Of a stretch of DNA of 64,000 nucleotides, positions 45,492 to 55,715 are shown one piece after another. The notes below the pieces were generated by a model, which was given only the letters and a program-made list of their open reading frames with translations, was not told where the DNA came from and did not search any database. How positions within the stretch are numbered: position 1 is the first letter of the stretch; each line of letters begins with the position of its first letter. The DNA lies in assembly GCA_964523565.1 (NCBI GenBank), contig CAZGAK010000001.1, positions 3,867-67,866 on the forward strand. Direction: 5' to 3'. This DNA is from an uncultured Syntrophaceae bacterium. Lineage in GTDB: Bacteria; Desulfobacterota; Syntrophia; Syntrophales; UBA6807. The position numbers and the translations under genes are program-made.

Positions 45492-47282
45492 CTATCTATA
45501 TTGTGCCTCGATTAATTCCCTATATCTCTCGATTACAATACGCCGTTTCAGTTTCATCGTCTGTGTCAGTGTCCCATTTTCCAGGGAAAAGTTTTCACTC
45601 AGATAGATAAATTTCTTCGGGATTTCATAACCGGCATATTTGCCTGTCAGGAACGTGACGATTTCACTGCTTATCAGCTCTTTTATTTCTTCTCTCTCGA
45701 TTAACTCTTCAGGTTTTGCCGGAAGATTATTTTTTTCAGCATACTTTCCTAAAACCAGAAAGTCGGGCACAACCAGGCAGACATTGTACGGCCTGTTCTC
45801 ACCGTAAATCATAACATTTTCTACATATGGAATGAGGGCGATATCTTCCTCCAGGGAAGCGGGAAAGACAAATTTTCCATTTTCCAGTTTGAATTGTTCC
45901 TTGATCCTGCCTGTGATGTATAAAAAACCATCCTCATCCAATCTGCCCCGATCACCCGTTCTGAGGCCTCCATCGTCAGTCATGATCTCTTTGGTCTGCT
46001 CCGGTTTATTGTGATAGCCCTTCATTACATTAGGTCCGTAAACGATGATTTCACCATCATCTTTCTCCCGATCTCCCAAAGATTTATCGATGACAATCCG
46101 CACCTTCTCGATTGCTTTTCCAACGGTTCCCAGTTTGTAGTTAAAAGACGCATTCATGGTAACAGCAGGCGATGTCTCCGTTAAGCCATAGCAATCGTAT
46201 AGAGGAATACCGACATCAAAGAAAAAGATGGCAATTTCCGGATTCATCATTGCGCTGCCCGTCATGGAACCCATAAGGTGCCCTCCGAGCCTGTCACGAA
46301 TCTTCTGAAATACTATCTTGTCTGCGATTTTAAATTTTAGATTGGTCGTAAAACCGGACATACCTTTTTCAGCCAGTTCACGCTTTTCCCGGGCGCTTTC
46401 CACACCCATAACAAATAATTTTTTTGCCAGTCCGCCTTCTTCATTCATCCTGGCCCATAGTCCGTCATAAATCCGATTAAACACGCGGGGGACTGCTATA
46501 AGCCATGTAGGTTTAACCAGGGCCATATCATTGGCAATGGTCGTTGGATCTTCCATAAATCCGATAGACCCTCCCAGGTAAATCATTGTATATAACTCCG
46601 CTGTCTGACCGTAAGAGTGTGCCCATGGCAAAATCGAAAGACTTCTGCCAGTTGCCGTCAGTTCAGGATACATCTTGCGACCTGCGTGGGAATTACTTGT
46701 GAAATTACCGTGTGACAATAAAACGCCTTTAGGATCCCCTGTTGTACCTGAAGTGTAAATTAACCCGGCTATGTCATCGGAATGGGGTTGAATCGAAGGA
46801 ACCGGATTATCCCGACCTGTCCTTTCCAGTGCCGCCATGCTGTTATCACTGTTACCTTCTATCAAAACGATCTTTTCCAGAGTGGGTATTTCTTCTATAA
46901 AATCTTTAACCTTTTCATATATCTCCGGTTTCGAAACAAAGAGTACCTTAACGGAACTATCGTTAATGATATATTTCCATATATGGACAAGTTCAGACTC
47001 ATACATGGGAATATAGCGTGCGCCAAGTCCATAGCCGGCAAAGGCGGCTACAGCCCATTCGACCCTGTTATTGGCGATGAGACCTACAGCATCGTCTTTA
47101 CCTATGCCGATACTCGCCAGTCCGCCCCGGAGGTTATCTACTCTCTCACCGACCTCCCTGTATGTTATCCAATCGTAAGTTCCACTCGGACTCTTGGTTC
47201 CAAATAAAAAATTATCCGGGTACTTCGCCACGCTACCTTCCAGGAATGCTACCAGATTATCGGGTTCTTCAGGCTGATACAT
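45492..47282 (-). CDS. Long-chain acyl-CoA synthetase (AMP-forming)
   Basis: 596 aa. AMP-binding motif YTSGTTGDPKGV, plus TGDRGRLDEDGFLYITGR and the C-terminal KLKRR. Confidence 0.85.
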   Translation of the reverse strand: MYQPEEPDNLVAFLEGSVAKYPDNFLFGTKSPSGTYDWITYREVGERVDNLRGGLASIGIGKDDAVGLIANNRVEWAVAAFAGYGLGARYIPMYESELVHIWKYIINDSSVKVLFVSKPEIYEKVKDFIEEIPTLEKIVLIEGNSDNSMAALERTGRDNPVPSIQPHSDDIAGLIYTSGTTGDPKGVLLSHGNFTSNSHAGRKMYPELTATGRSLSILPWAHSYGQTAELYTMIYLGGSIGFMEDPTTIANDMALVKPTWLIAVPRVFNRIYDGLWARMNEEGGLAKKLFVMGVESAREKRELAEKGMSGFTTNLKFKIADKIVFQKIRDRLGGHLMGSMTGSAMMNPEIAIFFFDVGIPLYDCYGLTETSPAVTMNASFNYKLGTVGKAIEKVRIVIDKSLGDREKDDGEIIVYGPNVMKGYHNKPEQTKEIMTDDGGLRTGDRGRLDEDGFLYITGRIKEQFKLENGKFVFPASLEEDIALIPYVENVMIYGENRPYNVCLVVPDFLVLGKYAEKNNLPAKPEELIEREEIKELISSEIVTFLTGKYAGYEIPKKFIYLSENFSLENGTLTQTMKLKRRIVIERYRELIEAQYR

Positions 47283-47647
47283 GATTTCCTCCGTTTTTTT
47301 ATTTTAAAATAATCTTGACAGGTTTGTGAAAAGCTTCACTATGCCGACGCGTCGGCATTATAATGGAAAGTAACTTTTACAAAGCATGTTTAAAGCCGAT
47401 GGGGGCATCGGCATTGTTTTGGGATTTTACACGGATATTACAGTTTTATCCATATATTTATTATCCTGGAAAAGATTCTTCATTGTCAATATCGATTCCA
47501 CCCGGGTAAAAGCACGAGCTTCTTCATTAAGTTCGCGAGCAGGATGCATGGCGCGTTCTTTTACCTCATCCGGCCATTCGCCGGGTGTAAGCTCCTCGCG
47601 TAGGTGAAGAAGTAAAACTCGACCATTATGAAGACCTATCCAGAACA

Positions 47648-47696
47648 GTCTTGACTATTTTGAACAATACTCCCAAAAGGTCTTGACTATTTTGAA
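47648..47696 (+). promoter_or_regulatory. Two perfect 17 bp direct repeats directly upstream of the AAA ATPase gene
   Basis: GTCTTGACTATTTTGAA at 47648-47664 and again at 47680-47696, a period of 32 bp. Each copy contains TTGACT. Confidence 0.4.
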
Positions 47697-47699
47697 TAT

Positions 47700-48956
47700 A
47701 TGTGCAAAATGGTCCCCATGGAAAGATTGGTCGGCAAATACATATTTGATCCTGAAATGACCGCAGATAAGATGATCTTTCTTACCGGTCCCCGCCAGGT
47801 TGGGAAAACCACGTTCGCAAGGATGTGGCTTGAATCTGCCGGATCGAAGGAGACGTACTTCAACTGGGACGATCCTTCGGTCGTGATAGAATACAAAAGG
47901 AACCCTCTCTATTTTCGTAATGTTATAAACGAAAAAGTCAAGAATAAGCCCGTTCCTCTCGTATTCGATGAGATACATAAACATACGGCATGGAGAGATA
48001 TCCTGAAAGGCCTCTATGATACAAACCGGGAAAGAATGAGGCTTCTTGTCACTGGGTCTTCCCGTCTCGGATTCGTGCGAAAGTCAGGTGATTCACTGGT
48101 GGGGCGTTACTTTTCCTACCAGATGTTTCCCCTTGGGCTTCCAGAAGTCGTGGGAAATTTTTCTCATGTCCTTCAGGATGATCGCCCATTTGCCGACGGC
48201 GAGTTACTTGCCCGGCTTGCAAGAGAAGCGGATACAAAAACAGCGGTTGAGGGGCTTGAACAACTCCTGAAGTTCGGCGGTTTCCCGGAGCCGTTTTTAA
48301 AAGGTTCGGATAGATTTCACCGAAGGTGGCAAAATGATTACAAAGCGCTCCTTACGAAGGAAGAAGTGCGGGATTTTTCACGGATCCAGGATATAAAAGG
48401 TCTTGAGACGATGGTAGAAATCCTGCCGACGAAAGTGGGATCCAACCTGAGCATACCTTCGCTGGTTGATGTCCTGAATGTATCTCATAAGACGATCACA
48501 AACTGGATTGAGGTATTGAAGGGTGTGTATCTGGTGTTTACAATCGCGCCCTGGCATAGAAACATTAAGCGTTCAATCGTAAAGGAAAAAAAGCTGTATT
48601 TCTTCGAATGGTCACTGCTTTCCGATAGCGGATCACGATTTGAGAACCTTCTTGCCGTTAGCCTTCTCAGGATGGCAGCAAGGTTCACAGAGATCGGAAT
48701 AGGGAACTTTGAAGTTTGTTACATCAGGGATAAAGAAAAACGCGAGGTTGATTTTGTCCTTGTAAAAGACAATGAGCCGGTTGCTCTTTTCGAGGCGAAA
48801 GAAAGTGGCACAAATATAAGTAAGCCGGGGAGCTTTTACCGCAAAAAGTTGAATATTCCCATGTTCCAGATAGTTCACAAGGCCCGGAAAGTCGAAGCCT
48901 TTCCGGAAAATTGTTTTGTTATCCCCGCCTCGAACTTCCTGATGCTGACAGGGTAA
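47700..48956 (+). CDS. AAA-type ATPase with a DUF4143-like C-terminal domain
   Basis: Walker A GPRQVGKTT, Walker B LVFDEIH, and a C-terminal region (EVDFVLV) typical of the COG1373 family. The start is ambiguous among 47700, 47709 and 47721. Confidence 0.7.
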   Translation: MCKMVPMERLVGKYIFDPEMTADKMIFLTGPRQVGKTTFARMWLESAGSKETYFNWDDPSVVIEYKRNPLYFRNVINEKVKNKPVPLVFDEIHKHTAWRDILKGLYDTNRERMRLLVTGSSRLGFVRKSGDSLVGRYFSYQMFPLGLPEVVGNFSHVLQDDRPFADGELLARLAREADTKTAVEGLEQLLKFGGFPEPFLKGSDRFHRRWQNDYKALLTKEEVRDFSRIQDIKGLETMVEILPTKVGSNLSIPSLVDVLNVSHKTITNWIEVLKGVYLVFTIAPWHRNIKRSIVKEKKLYFFEWSLLSDSGSRFENLLAVSLLRMAARFTEIGIGNFEVCYIRDKEKREVDFVLVKDNEPVALFEAKESGTNISKPGSFYRKKLNIPMFQIVHKARKVEAFPENCFVIPASNFLMLTG

Positions 48957-49009
48957 TATTCTAAAGAAAGACGAGGGGTCTTCACTTTTGACAGTTTTAC
49001 TTTCTTTTC

Positions 49010-49122
49010 AAATTTGACGGTATCGTAAAAAGTCAAAAATACGCGAACTGGTCATTCCCGCGAAAGCGGGAATCCAGTGATTACACGTAGTTATGGATTC
49101 CCGATCAGGTCGGGAATGACAA
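49010..49122 (+). mobile_element. MITE-like repeat family 3, 3'-truncated copy
   Basis: Shares the left TIR and both internal hairpins with 31530-31682. It diverges after GGGAATGACAAA, so the right TIR is missing. Confidence 0.75.
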
Positions 49123-49500
49123 AGAAGAAGGGGAATAATGTAATGGGGTCGGACCAAGATAATCGCCTGTAATCCATAAAATTGTCCCTGAAAACAGGGC
49201 CAATTTTACCCTTAGAGGCACCATTTCAGCATCAAAAAGGGCGTCCTAAGAAATTCTATGCGGAAAAAAGATCGCGCCTGAAAGATGCTCTCACACCTTG
49301 AACCTTATACCTCATACCTGTTTTTTTACAGTGCCCAGCGCCTATTGTTGTTCACCATATAAACTGCGGATTACGTAAAAGACCTGTAAGATAGTTTTGG
49401 ATTTACTGAAAAGGCAAAATCAATAGCACTATCCATTTACACTCATCAGTGAAATGAGTTATAAACACTACAGTTTGATGTCTTCTACCATAGGGAATTT

Positions 49501-50730
49501 ATGAAAATATTACACACCTCCGACTGGCATATCGGCCGCACTTTATACGGCCGCAAGCGATACGCGGAATTCGAGGCATTCCTGAACTGGCTGGCCGGTC
49601 TTATTGATGATGAAGACATAGATGTCCTGCTTGTGGCAGGGGACGTGTTTGACAACAGCACCCCAAGCAATCGTGCACAGGAACTCTATTACCGGTTCCT
49701 CTGCCGTGTAGCGGCCTCTCCAAAACGCCATGTGGTGGTGACGGCAGGGAATCATGATTCGCCGTCTTTCTTGAATGCGCCAAAGGAACTCCTGAAATTT
49801 CTGAATGTCCATGTCGTAGGGAGCGCATCCGACTCTCCGGATGACGAACTGATCGTGCTTACCGGGCCCGATCAGGAGCCCCTGCTCATTGTCTGTGCCG
49901 TCCCGTATCTCAGAGACCGTGATATACGCACGGCTGAAGCCGGAGAGAGCGTCGAGGACAAGGAGAGGAAGATCGTTGAGGGAATCAGGACTCATTACCG
50001 GATGGTCTGTGAATTGGCCGAACAAAAACGCGCCATGCTGGATAATTCTGTTCCGATTGTCGCAATGGGACATTTGTTTGCCGCGGGCGGCGAGACCGTT
50101 GACGGTGACGGGGTGCGTGAACTGTATATCGGCTCTCTTGCGCAAGTAAGAAGGGATGTGTTCCCCGAATGTATTGACTACGTTGCACTCGGGCATCTTC
50201 ATATTCCTCAAAGGGTTGGCGGTTCGGACTTCATACGCTACTGCGGTTCTCCCCTGCCCATTGGCTTCGGGGAGGCGCAGCAGGAAAAGGGCATGGTTCT
50301 TGTGGAGTTTTCGAGTAATGCACCCAATGTTACCAATATTCCCGTACCCATATTCCAGGAATTGAAGATTCTGCACGGGGATTGGCAAACCATTGCCCGG
50401 AAGATCGACATACTGAAGTCCGAAGGAAGCAATGCCTGGCTGGAGATAGTATATGATGGAGACGAGATAGCCGGTGATTTACGCGAGCGATTGGATGAGG
50501 CAATCGAAAAAACCGGCCTGGAGATCCTCCGCGTTAAGAACAATCGTGTGCTGGAACGGGCTATGAGTGGGATGGATGCGGAAGAAACACTCGATGATCT
50601 GGACGTAACCGACGTGTTCACGCGCTGCCTGGAATCGCATGAAATACCAGAGGATCAGCGCCCGGCGCTTTTGAATGCATATCAGGAAATCATTGTAGCT
50701 CTGAACGAAGCGGACCCGATGGCTGAATAG
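49501..50730 (+). CDS. sbcD: Exonuclease SbcD (Mre11-type nuclease)
   Basis: MKILHTSDWHIG, VAGDVFD, GNHDS and GHLH phosphoesterase motifs. Confidence 0.9.
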   Translation: MKILHTSDWHIGRTLYGRKRYAEFEAFLNWLAGLIDDEDIDVLLVAGDVFDNSTPSNRAQELYYRFLCRVAASPKRHVVVTAGNHDSPSFLNAPKELLKFLNVHVVGSASDSPDDELIVLTGPDQEPLLIVCAVPYLRDRDIRTAEAGESVEDKERKIVEGIRTHYRMVCELAEQKRAMLDNSVPIVAMGHLFAAGGETVDGDGVRELYIGSLAQVRRDVFPECIDYVALGHLHIPQRVGGSDFIRYCGSPLPIGFGEAQQEKGMVLVEFSSNAPNVTNIPVPIFQELKILHGDWQTIARKIDILKSEGSNAWLEIVYDGDEIAGDLRERLDEAIEKTGLEILRVKNNRVLERAMSGMDAEETLDDLDVTDVFTRCLESHEIPEDQRPALLNAYQEIIVALNEADPMAE

Positions 50731-50741
50731 GAGAACATGGC

Positions 50742-53700
50742 ATGAGGATACTTGGTGTTCGATTTAAGAATCTTAATTCTCTCATCGGGGAATGGAATAT
50801 CGATTTCACCCACCCGGAGTATTTGTCCGACGGCATATTCGCCATCACCGGCCCTACCGGCGCAGGAAAGACGACCATTATGGACGCTATATGCCTCGGG
50901 CTTTACGGAAGGACGCCCCGCCTTGACAAGGTTACGAAAAGCAGCAACGAGATCATGTCGCGCCAGACAGGCGAATGCTTTGCGGAAGTTGCATTTGAGA
51001 CACAGAAGGGCCGTTACCGTTGCCACTGGAGCCAGCACCGTGCCCGGAGAAGGTCTGATGGCGAGTTACAACAGGCAAAGCATGAAATAGCCGATGCAGA
51101 AAACGAGACAGTCCTGGAATCAAGAATAACCCAGGTTAATGAATTTATCGAGAAGGCCACGGGTATGGACTTTGAGCGTTTTACCCGTTCGATGCTGCTC
51201 GCCCAGGGCGGATTTGCAGCCTTTCTTCAGGCGTCCCCCGATAAGCGAGCCCCCATCCTTGAGCAAATTACCGGCACCGAAATCTACAGTCGTATATCCG
51301 TAAAAGTGCATGAACGCAGTAGAGAAGAACGTGAAAAGCTGGAATTGCTGCAATCTGAACTGAAAGGAATCCAAGTATTAAGCGCAGATGAGGAAAGGGA
51401 CCTGCAAACGGGCCTGAAGGAAGCGCAGTTACATGAAGCGGAGCGGAGCACTCAGTTCGACAGCCTTCGAAAGGCTGCTGCCTGGCTTGAAACCGTGACT
51501 GCGCTGGGAAAGGGGATTGGCGATCTGGATAAACTCACGGAGGATCTTGAGAAACGTTCTCAGGTGTTCGCGCCGGAAAGAATACGGCTGGAAAAATCAC
51601 GGAGGGCTCTCGGTCTGGAGGGAGATTACCGGGGAGTGGTCGCCTTACGGGATCTGCAGAAAAATGAGACAAAGGAACTCAATGACGCTCTCGCGGCCCT
51701 GCCGCTTAAGAATAAGGCCTGTGAAGATGCGGTGACTATCAAAAAGACCGCTGAAACCGGTCTTGATGAAACACGAAAACGGCAGCAGTCCGAAGCGGAT
51801 GTCATCAAAAAGGTTCGCGAACTCGATGCCAGACTGAGCGAGCAGAAAAAGCAGATAGAGGAGAAGGATAAGTCGATATCATTGGCGGAGAAGCAGGGCA
51901 AAGCGTATACCGTGAATATCGATAAGGCTTCGCAGGCCCTGCAAAAATCACAGGATGGCCTGAAAGCCGTCCAGGATTACCAGACAAAGCAAGCCGTCGA
52001 TGCCGCGCTTTTGACCGACCTGGCTGCAATCTCCAGGGTATTCATCTCACTTCGCGATCGTGAAGAAAGGAATATCAAGGTTCAAGAAACGCGTGCCGCA
52101 GCTGCCAGGGAAAAAGAGGCTGCCATTGCCGCGCACAAAAAGATAGAGGCCGATCACGGGAAATCCCACAAGGAATTCGAGAAGCATCAAGGCGACCTGA
52201 AGGTTCTGACTGACAAGGCTGCATCCATCCTCAAGGGACGTGAAATAGGCCGGTGGCACCAGGATCATAGTGTCCTGAAAGAACGCGAGGGTCTCCTGAG
52301 GCAGGCGGGTGACACCATTGAGCGGAGGAACACGACATCCGCAGCATTGGACAAACTGAACACGAATCTTGAAGTATTGAAGGCCGGTCATGAGAAGCTC
52401 TCCGGGGAGATCACAACCTGTACCGAGAAAAAAGCGCTCCTGGAGGGAACTGTTGCAACTATGGAAACACAGGTGACCCTCCTGAGCCGCATTCGGGACC
52501 TTGAGGAGGAAAGGATGCGGCTTGAAGACGGCATGCCATGCCCCCTGTGTGGTGCCCTCGAGCATCCCTATGCAAAAGGCAATGTACCTGAATTAAACAA
52601 GGTGGAAAAAGAATTGAAGGATGCCAGGGTCACGTTCAAAAAGGTATCTGATGAGTTGAGCAAGCTGGAAACGGAGCACGCCAGGATGCTGGTGGAAATC
52701 GGGCATGTTGAAAAAGACAAGGATGAAAAGAAGGCTGCGTTGGAAGTCGATGATAAGCAATGCACCGACAATCTGTTAAAACTGAATATCGCGGCAGGTA
52801 CTGAAGAACGGGCCGGGAAAGTACGCGAAGCGATTGCAGACGCTCAATCGAAGATCGCTGAAATATCCGGCATTATCGTTGCCGCCGAAGAATTAAACCG
52901 AAAGGAGAAGGCGTCGCACAAAAACCTGGAGAAGTTAAGGATGCTTCTGGAAAGCTCGGGCAAGGCCTTGCATGATGCCAGGCATAACGTTGATAAGGCC
53001 GGCCGTGAGCATGAGCGGCTGATTAAGGAGGACGAAGCGCTTGGCAAGGAGCTTGAGAAGGCCCGTGCAGATGCGCTGAAGGATGTTGAGCCCTTTGGTA
53101 TTAGACAGATACCATCAACCGATCTCGACACCATATTGAAAGACCTTACGGAACGCAGAGATATCTGGCAGGCAAAGCTCGACGAAAAAAACGAATTTGA
53201 GAAAAAGATCCATAGCCTGGAAGCCGGTATCGATAAGGACAAAGCCCTGTTGGCAAAGCTCGAACATGATCTAAAAACGAGCCGCAAGGATCGCGAGGGT
53301 CTGCTGCGGCAACATGCGTCCCTGGGTACTTCACGCCGCGAATTGTACGGTGAAAAGAATACCGACCAGGAGGAGAAACGCCTGGCTGACGCAGTGGATC
53401 AGGCAGGTAAGGTTTTAGAAAAAGCACGGGAAGAACACGCCAAGGTGGAAAAAGCACTCAACTCACTGAAAGAGAAAAGAGACGATCTGGAAAAAAAGAC
53501 AGGCAAACGGGCGATTGACCTGCTACAGGCGGAACAAAACCTGACTGAGCGAATAAAGAAAACCGGGTTTGGTGACGAAACCGACTATTTGTCTGCGTGC
53601 CTGAGCGAAGAAGAACGGGAAGGGCTCGCACAACAGGAAAAGGTTCTGATCAGGGAGAAAACGGAGCTGGACGCCCGCAAGAAGGATAAGTCGGCAGCCC

Positions 53701-54413
53701 TCGCGGCTGAGCGTGAGAAAAACCTGACGGATCAACCGCTGGAAACGGTCGAGAAAGATATCGACACCTGTGATTCGGACTTGAAACGGATAAGGATCGA
53801 CATCGGAGGCATGATAAAGATGCTGAGCGAAAACGAAAAACAAAGGGAAAAGCAGCAGGTTCGCATAAAGAACATTGAAGCCCGGAAAAAGGAATGCGTG
53901 CGGTGGGATGACCTGCATCAACTCATCGGTTCAGCCGATGGAAAAAAATTCAGGAACTTTGCACAGGGCCTGACGTTTGAGATGATGACAACACATGCCA
54001 ACCGCCAACTCAGGAAAATGACGGACCGCTATCTGCTCATACGCGACGTATCACAACCGCTGGAACTGAATGTCATCGATAATTATCAGGCAGGCGAAAT
54101 CCGATCTACGAAAAACCTCTCCGGCGGCGAAAGCTTTATCGTGAGCCTTGCTCTGGCGCTTGGTCTTTCTCAGATGGCCAGCCGAAATGTACGGGTGGAT
54201 TCGCTCTTTCTCGATGAAGGATTCGGAACGCTCGACGACGACGCCCTCGAAACGGCCTTGGAGACTCTTGCGGGACTGCAGCAGGACGGCAAGCTCATCG
54301 GTGTTATATCCCATGTCACTGCACTCAAGGAACGCATCGGCACACAGATACAGGTGATCCCAGAAACAGGGGGGCGAAGCAGCTTGAGCGGCCCCGGATG
54401 CCGGAGGATTTAA
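50742..54413 (+). CDS. sbcC: Exonuclease SbcC (Rad50-type SMC-like ATPase)
   Basis: 1223 aa. Walker A GPTGAGKTT, a very long coiled-coil with a central zinc hook (CPLCG), signature LSGGESF, and Walker B LFLDEGFGTLD. Confidence 0.9.
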   Translation: MRILGVRFKNLNSLIGEWNIDFTHPEYLSDGIFAITGPTGAGKTTIMDAICLGLYGRTPRLDKVTKSSNEIMSRQTGECFAEVAFETQKGRYRCHWSQHRARRRSDGELQQAKHEIADAENETVLESRITQVNEFIEKATGMDFERFTRSMLLAQGGFAAFLQASPDKRAPILEQITGTEIYSRISVKVHERSREEREKLELLQSELKGIQVLSADEERDLQTGLKEAQLHEAERSTQFDSLRKAAAWLETVTALGKGIGDLDKLTEDLEKRSQVFAPERIRLEKSRRALGLEGDYRGVVALRDLQKNETKELNDALAALPLKNKACEDAVTIKKTAETGLDETRKRQQSEADVIKKVRELDARLSEQKKQIEEKDKSISLAEKQGKAYTVNIDKASQALQKSQDGLKAVQDYQTKQAVDAALLTDLAAISRVFISLRDREERNIKVQETRAAAAREKEAAIAAHKKIEADHGKSHKEFEKHQGDLKVLTDKAASILKGREIGRWHQDHSVLKEREGLLRQAGDTIERRNTTSAALDKLNTNLEVLKAGHEKLSGEITTCTEKKALLEGTVATMETQVTLLSRIRDLEEERMRLEDGMPCPLCGALEHPYAKGNVPELNKVEKELKDARVTFKKVSDELSKLETEHARMLVEIGHVEKDKDEKKAALEVDDKQCTDNLLKLNIAAGTEERAGKVREAIADAQSKIAEISGIIVAAEELNRKEKASHKNLEKLRMLLESSGKALHDARHNVDKAGREHERLIKEDEALGKELEKARADALKDVEPFGIRQIPSTDLDTILKDLTERRDIWQAKLDEKNEFEKKIHSLEAGIDKDKALLAKLEHDLKTSRKDREGLLRQHASLGTSRRELYGEKNTDQEEKRLADAVDQAGKVLEKAREEHAKVEKALNSLKEKRDDLEKKTGKRAIDLLQAEQNLTERIKKTGFGDETDYLSACLSEEEREGLAQQEKVLIREKTELDARKKDKSAALAAEREKNLTDQPLETVEKDIDTCDSDLKRIRIDIGGMIKMLSENEKQREKQQVRIKNIEARKKECVRWDDLHQLIGSADGKKFRNFAQGLTFEMMTTHANRQLRKMTDRYLLIRDVSQPLELNVIDNYQAGEIRSTKNLSGGESFIVSLALALGLSQMASRNVRVDSLFLDEGFGTLDDDALETALETLAGLQQDGKLIGVISHVTALKERIGTQIQVIPETGGRSSLSGPGCRRI

Positions 54414-54518
54414 GAGGAATCCAAGAGCCGGATAAAAGGCGCGGATTTCGCTTTCTTCTGATGCCGGACCCGGCAAAATTGACTGGATTTTTGACCGGTA
54501 ACCCGTTAAACAGGATTT

Positions 54519-55715
54519 ATGAAGATCATCTTTGCACTGCTCATCATTGTTTTCCTTGCTTTCAGTGGCTACCATCTGACCTTTCGAGGCTTCAAATTGC
54601 CACTTTTTGCGCGTGAATTTTATCTCACGGGGACGGAATTTCTTTTTCTCGGGCTTCTGCTGGGGCCACAATTCTTGAATCTTCTGGATACGGAAACACT
54701 TAAGGGTCTGGAACCTGTGGGAGCCCTCTTGTTAGGCTGGATAGGCCTGCTTTTCGGCTTTCAGTTCGAAATCGCCAAGATCAGGCGATTTCCTCTCGAT
54801 TTTTTTAAAGCAGCTATCCTGGAAAGTTTTCTGACATTTGTATTGGTCTTTTTCGGTGTTTATTATACGTTACCACTGTTTTTCGAGATACCGGAAGCCA
54901 GGCATATTGTGTTATCACTTACCCTTTCAGCGGCTGCTGCCTGCACGGCCCAGACGGGGCTGGCCCTTCTGGCACCGGATTTTACTGCACAGCATCAAAA
55001 AACCTTAGGCCTTTTAAGGTATATTTCCAGCATCGACGGTTTGAGCGCCCTGTTGATTTTTGGCATGGTATTTTTTTTCCGTAGATCGTCAATTAAGGGG
55101 TTTTCATGGGTCGGGGATCTGGCTCTGGGAACGGTGTTCATTCTCGTCATAAGCATCGGGCTTGTTTTTCTGTATATTGTTTTTATCTCCAGCCATCGTG
55201 AGGAAAGCGAACTGGCCCTGGTGGTTATCGCTATGGCCGTGCTTACAAGTGGTGTTGCTTCGATACTGCACTTTTCACCACTTGTGACCAATTTTTTCGT
55301 CGGTTTTTGCCTTGTGAATCTTTGTCGTCAAAAAGAGCGACTTTTCAAAATCTTGGGCGGTGTTGAAAAACCCGTTTATCTGCTTCTACTGGTCTTTTTA
55401 GGTGCCTACTGGAAGTTAGATTCCATCTGGATAATTGTTCTGGCAGCACTGTACTGTTTGTATCGATTTACAGGGAAGTTATTCGGAGGTTTTATGGTTA
55501 CTCGCTTAAGCCGGGAACTAAGTAGTTATCCATCCCATCTGGGGTTTGGTCTTCTCGCCCAGGGGGGGCTTCCCCTGGCCATCCTGTTTGATTTCCAGCA
55601 GGGCATTTCCTGCGATATTGCTACGAGTGTAGTCAGCCTGGCACTGCTGGCGGTCATTTACAACGAGTTTCTGAGTCCGTACATGCTTGTGCGGTTGTTG
55701 AAAGAGGTTAAATAA
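54519..55715 (+). CDS. Cation:proton antiporter family membrane protein
   Basis: 398 aa polytopic protein with a Na+/H+-exchanger-like layout. It has no soluble regulatory domain. Confidence 0.6.
   Translation: MKIIFALLIIVFLAFSGYHLTFRGFKLPLFAREFYLTGTEFLFLGLLLGPQFLNLLDTETLKGLEPVGALLLGWIGLLFGFQFEIAKIRRFPLDFFKAAILESFLTFVLVFFGVYYTLPLFFEIPEARHIVLSLTLSAAAACTAQTGLALLAPDFTAQHQKTLGLLRYISSIDGLSALLIFGMVFFFRRSSIKGFSWVGDLALGTVFILVISIGLVFLYIVFISSHREESELALVVIAMAVLTSGVASILHFSPLVTNFFVGFCLVNLCRQKERLFKILGGVEKPVYLLLLVFLGAYWKLDSIWIIVLAALYCLYRFTGKLFGGFMVTRLSRELSSYPSHLGFGLLAQGGLPLAILFDFQQGISCDIATSVVSLALLAVIYNEFLSPYMLVRLLKEVK

Noticed and set aside
47440-47645. A minus-strand reading frame (...LHLREELTPGEWPDEVKERAMHPARELNEEARAFTRVESILTMKNLFQDNKYMDKTVISV) and the plus-strand 73 aa ORF at 47386-47607.
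   Set aside because: The minus-strand frame has no start codon before an upstream stop (the first ATG leaves about 35 aa) and no recognisable family, so it is probably a gene remnant. The plus-strand ORF is Ser-rich shadow sequence.
49543-50388. A 281 aa ORF antisense to sbcD.
   Set aside because: SbcD on the plus strand has all the Mre11-type phosphoesterase motifs. The antisense product has no recognisable features, and long shadow ORFs are expected in GC-richer genes.
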